11,779 nt of DNA from NCBI GenBank assembly GCA_050293845.1, contig JBNKNM010000181.1:1-11779 (forward strand), read 5' to 3'. Positions 6,310 through 11,779 of this stretch are shown here, one piece after another; the first letter of the stretch is position 1; each line of letters starts with the position of its first letter. Both the position numbers and the translations under genes were made by a program. The notes beneath the pieces were generated by a model, which was not told where the DNA came from, did not search any database, and worked only from the letters and a program-made list of their open reading frames with translations. The DNA comes from Pseudobacteriovorax sp. Lineage in GTDB: Bacteria > Bdellovibrionota_B > Oligoflexia > Oligoflexales > Oligoflexaceae.

Positions 6310-8910
6310 TTACACCTCAAGCCAGGCTATGATAGATTGCAAATTTTGCAGATATAATTCGAAATGATTTGAGTAATCGAAGTAGTTTTGAATTAATTTT
6401 ATGGGAAACAAGCAGATGCAATACAACCGTATTGATAATTGTAATCCATAGTGCCAATCCTTGTCATTTCCACTAAATAACTGTCTTTTTACCAGGTCGT
6501 CATAGAATTGACAGCTAAGAGTGTCTAAATTATGTTGAAAAAGATTGGGCTCATGAACCAAAATTTCTATAAATTCACACTGGGGAGGTAGGAATGAAAG
6601 AAGGTGATAACGGGTGACTCGCAAATTCTCGTTGCCCATGGCAACAGCACTAGTATCTGCCAGACTAGGAATTTTGTCGAGTTGCTGCCATGGTATCAAC
6701 CAAGCCTTGAAGTTTTGCAAATAGCTTAGTTGTTTTAGAAAGAGTTGATCGGGTTTCCATTCCGCAAAGAGTTTGCGTGTGCAGTATATAAGGTTTAACC
6801 AAAAAGCAGTATCTTCTAAACAAAGCTTTGGCTGGAATTTAAAGATAGAGGGAAATTGAGATTGATTAAGCTTATTCATGAGTAAGGTCCATAATGTGAG
6901 CTTCTGAGCAATACCCATGGGAGCAGCCTTAGCATCCTCCTCGATTAATAAAATTTGATCCGTGCCGTTATATTTTAATAAGTGGTGGTGGGGAAAGATA
7001 TCTTGGTTTTTTTGCTGTAAAAAACTGTCCCAGTGTCGCAGCTCTGAGTGATAGTATATGATATTTTTGGGATGAAAAAGGAGTGATGCCGTTTTTGGAT
7101 CAAAGCAACGCAGTTTGGTAATGAAATTTATAAACTGTTGGTCGTTATCAGGTTGAAGATAAAATTTAAAAATTTGGCTCCGGTTTTTATAGTTGATATT
7201 GAGTTTCGCTTGAGAAAAAATTTGTGAGTTTTCAGCCGAACTATGATTCCAAGAAATTGAGTTGATCTGGTTGTCTACTTCTTGGAGTTGATGGCATAAG
7301 TTCTTAAGGTTGATGTTACGTTGAGTGGTTGCAAAATGATTAAACAACACCAGTCGCTCGTTTGTAATATGATCTACTAATGAAGCAATATGGGCGGCTA
7401 AGGAAAAACCTACTAGGATTTCTCCCAAACGGGATTCTTTTCCAGAGCCGAAACAGTCCATCATGTTTAAAGTGTGGCGACTATCCCCGAGTTGTCGGGA
7501 ATCGTTGGTATTAATATTCCAATAAGGGGATAAAAAGGATGCGAAAATTCCTTGGTCTCGCTCTTCTAAGTAAAATGATGATTGCAAAGAGTCAGTGGCT
7601 AGACATTGACCTGTAGCCATGGCTACCTGTGATAAGAGCCATTCATAGAGGTGTTGGTGACTGTGAGTCCCTACGACCATGGCTTGATAGGCGAGCATCA
7701 GGTCGGTGGATGAACAGTCGAAGGCTGACCGGAGTCTTTTTTCCGACAAAAAGCAGGAGCTATAAGCCTGTATGCCTGACATACAATTTAAGCCCCTTGG
7801 TAGTTGAAAGAGCAAGGGGTCGCTTTCGATCTTACAAGATCGTATGAAATTTTCGCCAAACTGGTTGGCTTTCACAACCATAGATCGCAATAATTGCCAT
7901 GCATGATGCAGATAAAAGATAGAAGTTGACGCATCGTTAATCTTAATTTGTAACAAAAGCAGGATTTTGGTGCCTAGAATTTGGTGTTGAAAATTGCAGC
8001 TTGTAATTCCTACTATGTCAAGCAGAGGTTGCACCACTTCGTCTTTGTTGACTTCCAGCCAATGTAGGAATTCAAAGGAGCGGTCTTGGGATTCGAATTC
8101 AAAAGTGTAAAAGTATGGTAAATATTTGCTTGTAACGGATGTATGAATTCCCTGTTCAGCTGTTATAGCTTTGCACACTGACTCTAGAATAGAGAGCTTA
8201 GTTTGAGCTTGAGGGGCAACAGGCAAATACACAGATTCTAAGACCCTTTGCCCCTTAAGGTGTAGAGGGCCTACAACCCCTATTGGTGTTTCCAGTCCGC
8301 CTATGAGGTGACCTACTTGAGCAAATGCTTGAGAACTTTGGGTTTTACATAAATCTAATCCTTGAATGGATCGCGATGTTTGAATGCGTAAAAAGTTGAG
8401 GCGTCGTTGCCTACCTTCATCGGTGATATCATCCCCGTAGGGAACAGACTGCCAAGCTGGTAATGCTACGATATCGATGTTTTGATCTGCGAATGCTTCA
8501 TGATAAATGTGGTATAGTGTGGCTCTATCCTCGGTTTTAACAGGAGTCATAACTATTTGGATATCCGAACGTTTCATATTAAATGTGACGCGTTTTACAA
8601 TACAGCATAAGGGCGGGAATGTTTTATGAGGGCCACTAACGATGACATTTTCAATAATTCTTCCTGAAACAAAGAATTGATGGGTATCTTCGTGGGCCGT
8701 TATAGCCAGACCTCCTTGAGAAATATTTGTAATATTGAAGCTTTGCTGCTCTGCATGTTGGGCGACTCCTATTTTCCATTGGCCGCGGCTGACTACAAAC
8801 CGAACTGATTGTCGCTTACTTTTGTGCATCGCTATATCCGTAGAGTTTCTTTTTTCTATCGGAATTTCACAAAATGGGTTAACTATTAAAAAGTGGTTAT
8901 AATTATCCAT
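6310..8910 (-). CDS. Multidomain protein: PilZ + degenerate class I HMG-CoA-reductase fold + probable degenerate APH/choline-kinase-like domain
   Basis: PilZ motifs RQSVR (33-37) and NISQGG (62-67). HMGR scaffold at about residues 155-525: R..RL.FL, LIGGLETPIGVVGPL..KG....VYLPVA, CKAIT...GI, ATGQCLA, LNMMDCFGSGKESRLGEILVGFSLA. The C-terminal region resembles a kinase-like fold (FP......LLIEED; WQQLDKIP...LPPQCEFIEIL), with lower confidence. The true start may be ATG 8829 (Met28), just before the RxxxR motif. Confidence 0.8.
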   Translation of the reverse strand: MDNYNHFLIVNPFCEIPIEKRNSTDIAMHKSKRQSVRFVVSRGQWKIGVAQHAEQQSFNITNISQGGLAITAHEDTHQFFVSGRIIENVIVSGPHKTFPPLCCIVKRVTFNMKRSDIQIVMTPVKTEDRATLYHIYHEAFADQNIDIVALPAWQSVPYGDDITDEGRQRRLNFLRIQTSRSIQGLDLCKTQSSQAFAQVGHLIGGLETPIGVVGPLHLKGQRVLESVYLPVAPQAQTKLSILESVCKAITAEQGIHTSVTSKYLPYFYTFEFESQDRSFEFLHWLEVNKDEVVQPLLDIVGITSCNFQHQILGTKILLLLQIKINDASTSIFYLHHAWQLLRSMVVKANQFGENFIRSCKIESDPLLFQLPRGLNCMSGIQAYSSCFLSEKRLRSAFDCSSTDLMLAYQAMVVGTHSHQHLYEWLLSQVAMATGQCLATDSLQSSFYLEERDQGIFASFLSPYWNINTNDSRQLGDSRHTLNMMDCFGSGKESRLGEILVGFSLAAHIASLVDHITNERLVLFNHFATTQRNINLKNLCHQLQEVDNQINSISWNHSSAENSQIFSQAKLNINYKNRSQIFKFYLQPDNDQQFINFITKLRCFDPKTASLLFHPKNIIYYHSELRHWDSFLQQKNQDIFPHHHLLKYNGTDQILLIEEDAKAAPMGIAQKLTLWTLLMNKLNQSQFPSIFKFQPKLCLEDTAFWLNLIYCTRKLFAEWKPDQLFLKQLSYLQNFKAWLIPWQQLDKIPSLADTSAVAMGNENLRVTRYHLLSFLPPQCEFIEILVHEPNLFQHNLDTLSCQFYDDLVKRQLFSGNDKDWHYGLQLSIRLYCICLFPIKLIQNYFDYSNHFELYLQNLQSIIAWLEV

Positions 8911-9065
8911 TATTATTGCTATAACCGAGATCTAAAATTAAGTTCGCATTTTTTAAACGACTCCTTTGCCCGCTAGCGATGCGACCAGGTTCCTGTGGTG
9001 CATAGTAGGGGACGAATTGGAGCTACATTTTGCTCTATGAAGAGCTAGAAAAACATGAGAAGTGC

Positions 9066-9093
9066 TTGAATTATGTTTTAAGATACATAGTAT
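9066..9093 (+). promoter_or_regulatory. Candidate sigma70-type promoter for the RelA/SpoT-like gene
   Basis: TTGAAT (9066-9071), 16 nt, TAGTAT (9088-9093), about 30 nt upstream of the start codon. Matches of this quality are common in AT-rich DNA. Confidence 0.3.
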
Positions 9094-9120
9094 TTGTTAG
9101 CCAGTTGAAGTAGTGAGATA

Positions 9121-10197
9121 TTGAACATGGATGCGTCGGATGATTTATCGGAACTAAATGAGTCAGCCCTTTGGATGGTCACGCAGGAACCTGCTTTAAA
9201 CGATTTTGTCATATATTTAACAAATAAAAAACGACTGATCTTAGCTAAACCAGACGGTGAGCATATTTTAAGGTTTTCTCATAGCCATTTAGATCAAGTT
9301 AAATCTGCTTTCTCTAGGATGATATTGCGGGGAGAAAGCAAACTGCATAAGCTCTGTGGCCTTTTAGCCGAAGAATTATTTCAGGGGCATGTCTCATTGC
9401 AGTCGGTGGTTGTTGGTCGCCTTCATAACGGGAATCGTTTTACTTTGTCGCAAATTGTTTCCCAGCAGGATATTTACGAACGAACCGACTTAGATTTGGG
9501 CAATTGGCTTTTGGGAAAGCTACTATATCAAGCCGAAGATAGCTGGACTCAACCAGAACTCATAGCAAATTTTGTCGAATATCAACCCTTGATGGGAAAT
9601 CGATACAGTATTCATAAAATGATTTCTCGCATCAAGGCAGAAGAGGAAATTTGGGCTAAAACTGTTGATGAAATTTTCGAGTTGGACAAGTTGGTATTGC
9701 GTGATAAAGAGTTGCGCGAGCTGAGTTGTTATATCAAGGATGTTTTTGGAATAAAGTTGGTTGTTACTAGTGCAGCTGAAGTACCACAGATACTAAATAT
9801 GCTAAAGAACAGGAAATGGACAGGTGAACTTTTAGCACGGCAGAGAATTCCAGATCTGCAGACCAATCGACAATTAGAAATACTCGAAATCAAAAACCAT
9901 ATGGGACCAGTAGTGCAAAAAAGTAGCGGCTGGCAGGCACTTAAAGTCGTTGTCGAGTGGTGGGGAAAGGTTTTTGAATTACAAATCCAACCTCTTGAGA
10001 TCTACCTTCGCGAGAGAGAGTATCTGACCAAGGAATCCCATGCCAATTTTAAAGAAAGGAGAGAGCGCATAAGGCAGGAGGTAGTCGCTAAAATACCGCT
10101 ATTTGGATTTTATTTAGAATTGCTAAAATGGTTTTTTATAGATCCAAAGCAGCCCCAACCAACAATGAAGGGCGTAAAGGTTCAGATTCAGGAATAA
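9121..10197 (+). CDS. Divergent RelA/SpoT synthetase-domain (nucleotidyltransferase fold) protein with an uncharacterised N-terminal domain
   Basis: RSH SYNTH-like motifs in the correct order: SRIK (169-172), KDVFGIK (206-212), EIKNH..KSSGWQALK (256-275), FELQIQP (285-291), SHANFK (306-311). No HD hydrolase, TGS or ACT domains are apparent. Start is TTG 9121 or ATG 9127. Confidence 0.75.
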   Translation: MNMDASDDLSELNESALWMVTQEPALNDFVIYLTNKKRLILAKPDGEHILRFSHSHLDQVKSAFSRMILRGESKLHKLCGLLAEELFQGHVSLQSVVVGRLHNGNRFTLSQIVSQQDIYERTDLDLGNWLLGKLLYQAEDSWTQPELIANFVEYQPLMGNRYSIHKMISRIKAEEEIWAKTVDEIFELDKLVLRDKELRELSCYIKDVFGIKLVVTSAAEVPQILNMLKNRKWTGELLARQRIPDLQTNRQLEILEIKNHMGPVVQKSSGWQALKVVVEWWGKVFELQIQPLEIYLREREYLTKESHANFKERRERIRQEVVAKIPLFGFYLELLKWFFIDPKQPQPTMKGVKVQIQE

Positions 10198-10218
10198 CTG
10201 AGGAAACGCAACCTTTTT

Positions 10219-10253
10219 AAGCTTTGCCCAAAAGCTTCAGTGTCATGTAGCAT
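10219..10253 (+). promoter_or_regulatory. Inverted repeat overlapping a candidate promoter of the desaturase operon
   Basis: AAGCTTT (10219-10225)-GCCCA-AAAGCTT (10231-10237). It overlaps TTGCCC (10224-10229), which lies 18 nt before TAGCAT (10248-10253). Confidence 0.3.
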
Positions 10254-10284
10254 AATTAACCGAGCTAAACTAGGGAGTTAGTCA

Positions 10285-11115
10285 TTGGCTTTTAAAATTG
10301 TAAAACCGGCAGGTATTCACCTTATCATCATCCATATTATCTTTGTTTTATCCTTATTCTATGTAGAATTTTCTTGGAAATGGATAGCTCTTTGTGCTTT
10401 CTGCTATTATTTACGAATGTTTGCTATAACTGCAGGCTTTCACCGGCTTTTTTCCCATAAATCATATCGGACTGGCAGGTTTTTCCAGTTTGTTCTTGGG
10501 TTCTTAGGCACGTCTTCGCTGCAGCGAGGTCCCCTTTGGTGGGCGGGGGTGCATCGCCATCACCACCGTTATTCTGATACGGAGAAAGATATCCATTCGC
10601 CGGTTGCCCATGGCCTTTGGGAGTCCCACATCGGTTGGGTGATGAATAAGTCCTACAAGGGTAAAGTTGATTTATCTACTGTTCAGGATTTAAGTAAATT
10701 TCCTGAGCTAGTATGGCTCGATCGCTACTATCTTCTACCGGCCATTATTTTTGCTCTAACGTTATTTTTGTGGGGTGGTTTGCAAGCTTTTCTTTGGGGA
10801 ACAATTGTTAGTACAGTTCTACTGTGGCATGGGACATTTACTGTCAATTCTGTTACTCATGTATTTGGTAGTCGTCGCTTTGAAACTAAGGATCAGAGTC
10901 GTAATAATTGGATTGTCGCATTGCTTACCCTTGGTGAAGGATGGCATAATAATCATCATTTCTACCCTCGTTCCGTTCGTCAAGGGTTCGTTTGGTGGGA
11001 ACTTGATATTAGCTACTACTTGTTAAGAATTCTAAGCTGGTTGGGTATTGTTAGGGACCTACAGGGCACTAATCTTACTCACATTTTACCACTTGCTAAG
11101 AAGGGAAATGTATAA
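10285..11115 (+). CDS. Membrane fatty-acid (acyl-CoA/acyl-lipid) desaturase, Delta-9/OLE1-like
   Basis: Three His boxes (HRLFSH, HRHHH, HNNHH) plus ITAGFHR, GPLWWA, DIHSP, GEGWHNNHH and WWELD family motifs. TTG start with GGGAG RBS at 10273-10277. Confidence 0.95.
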   Translation: MAFKIVKPAGIHLIIIHIIFVLSLFYVEFSWKWIALCAFCYYLRMFAITAGFHRLFSHKSYRTGRFFQFVLGFLGTSSLQRGPLWWAGVHRHHHRYSDTEKDIHSPVAHGLWESHIGWVMNKSYKGKVDLSTVQDLSKFPELVWLDRYYLLPAIIFALTLFLWGGLQAFLWGTIVSTVLLWHGTFTVNSVTHVFGSRRFETKDQSRNNWIVALLTLGEGWHNNHHFYPRSVRQGFVWWELDISYYLLRILSWLGIVRDLQGTNLTHILPLAKKGNV

Positions 11116-11118
11116 TTC

Positions 11119-11779
11119 ATGGAACGACTTGCTATCATTGGCAGTGGTATTGCTGGGATGGGTGCAGCTCATTTCTTAAAGCAGAACTTCGATATTACCA
11201 TTTTCGAAAAGGCTAACTATATCGGAGGTCATACCAATACTGTTTATGTTGAAGAAAATAACCAGCAAGTTCCTATTGATACAGGGTTCATGGTTTTTAA
11301 CCGTATAACTTACCCCAATCTTTTAAGACTGTTTCGTCAATTAGACGTTCCCATCCAAAAAACCTGCATGAGCTTCAGTGTGCGGGATTCTAAGGCTAAC
11401 CTTGAATACTGTGGCACTGGTCTGAATGGTCTTTTCCGCCAGCGCCGTAATTTATTCAATGCGAGATTTATACGCATGCTCCTCAGTATCAATCGATTTA
11501 ATCAAGACGCTCCCGCAGTACTTAGCAGCCCTGCTTATGAAAATGTGACAATTGGAGAATTTGTCGAACAGAAGGGCTATGGTGCAGATTTTTTGAACAA
11601 ATATCTTGTACCAATGAGTGGAGCCGTATGGTCAACTCCCCCAGAAAAAATGCTGGAATTTCCCGCTAAAACATTGATTCGTTTTTTTTATAATCATGGC
11701 TTTCTTGGCCTAAGTACCCAACACCAATGGTATACCCCAACTGGGGGAAGCGAAGAGTATAAAAAACGATTAATTGCTC
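11119..11779 (+). CDS. FAD-dependent oxidoreductase, COG2907 (amine-oxidase-like), N-terminal part (3' end outside window)
   Basis: Hand translation from ATG 11119, 3 nt after the desaturase stop: MERLAIIGSGIAGMGAAHFL..FEK..YIGGHTNT...IDTGFMVFN..TYPNL..LF...MSFSV...YLVPMSGAVWS...FPAKTLIRFFYNHG. It has a Rossmann GxGxxG and typical COG2907 motifs, and is open to the window edge. Not in the ORF track. Confidence 0.93.
   Translation, partial: MERLAIIGSGIAGMGAAHFLKQNFDITIFEKANYIGGHTNTVYVEENNQQVPIDTGFMVFNRITYPNLLRLFRQLDVPIQKTCMSFSVRDSKANLEYCGTGLNGLFRQRRNLFNARFIRMLLSINRFNQDAPAVLSSPAYENVTIGEFVEQKGYGADFLNKYLVPMSGAVWSTPPEKMLEFPAKTLIRFFYNHGFLGLSTQHQWYTPTGGSEEYKKRLIA

Noticed and set aside
7629..7847. 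72-aa + strand ORF from the track
   Set aside because: Antisense shadow within the HMGR-like domain.
3783..8910. Assigning functional gene names (rph/ppsA; hmgA/mvaA)
   Set aside because: The catalytic residues appear to be missing, so functional symbols are unsupported.
10775..11026. 83-aa + strand alternative-frame ORF
   Set aside because: Nested out of frame within the highly conserved desaturase; no independent evidence.
1..11779. CRISPR arrays, tRNA/rRNA genes, IS elements, prophage genes or long tandem repeats
   Set aside because: By eye I saw no regularly spaced repeats, cloverleaf or rRNA signatures, transposase or integrase motifs, or terminal inverted repeats.

Overview
AT-rich bacterial chromosomal window with no RNA genes, CRISPR arrays or mobile elements that I can recognise. 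From left to right it holds: the 5' part of a 7TM-DISM-type membrane sensor (- strand, runs off the left edge, absent from the ORF track); an NSS/SNF sodium-dependent amino-acid transporter; a stand-alone receiver protein; a small, possibly split hypothetical gene; a tightly coupled two-gene operon of large proteins (- strand); a divergently transcribed, atypical RelA/SpoT-synthetase-like protein; and the start of a lipid-modification operon (Delta-9-type desaturase plus a COG2907 FAD oxidoreductase, truncated at the right edge). The most interesting signal is the two-gene operon. Gene 1 reads as PilZ (c-di-GMP motifs intact) + HMG-CoA-reductase fold + probable APH/choline-kinase fold. Gene 2 reads as a rifampicin-phosphotransferase/PEP-synthase-like dikinase. 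The catalytic motifs look erased in every enzyme domain, yet both ORFs stay open over about 5.1 kb, which suggests a c-di-GMP-binding pseudoenzyme module. All family assignments are by-eye comparisons with remembered consensus motifs, not database searches. Residue numbers follow the provided ORF translations.
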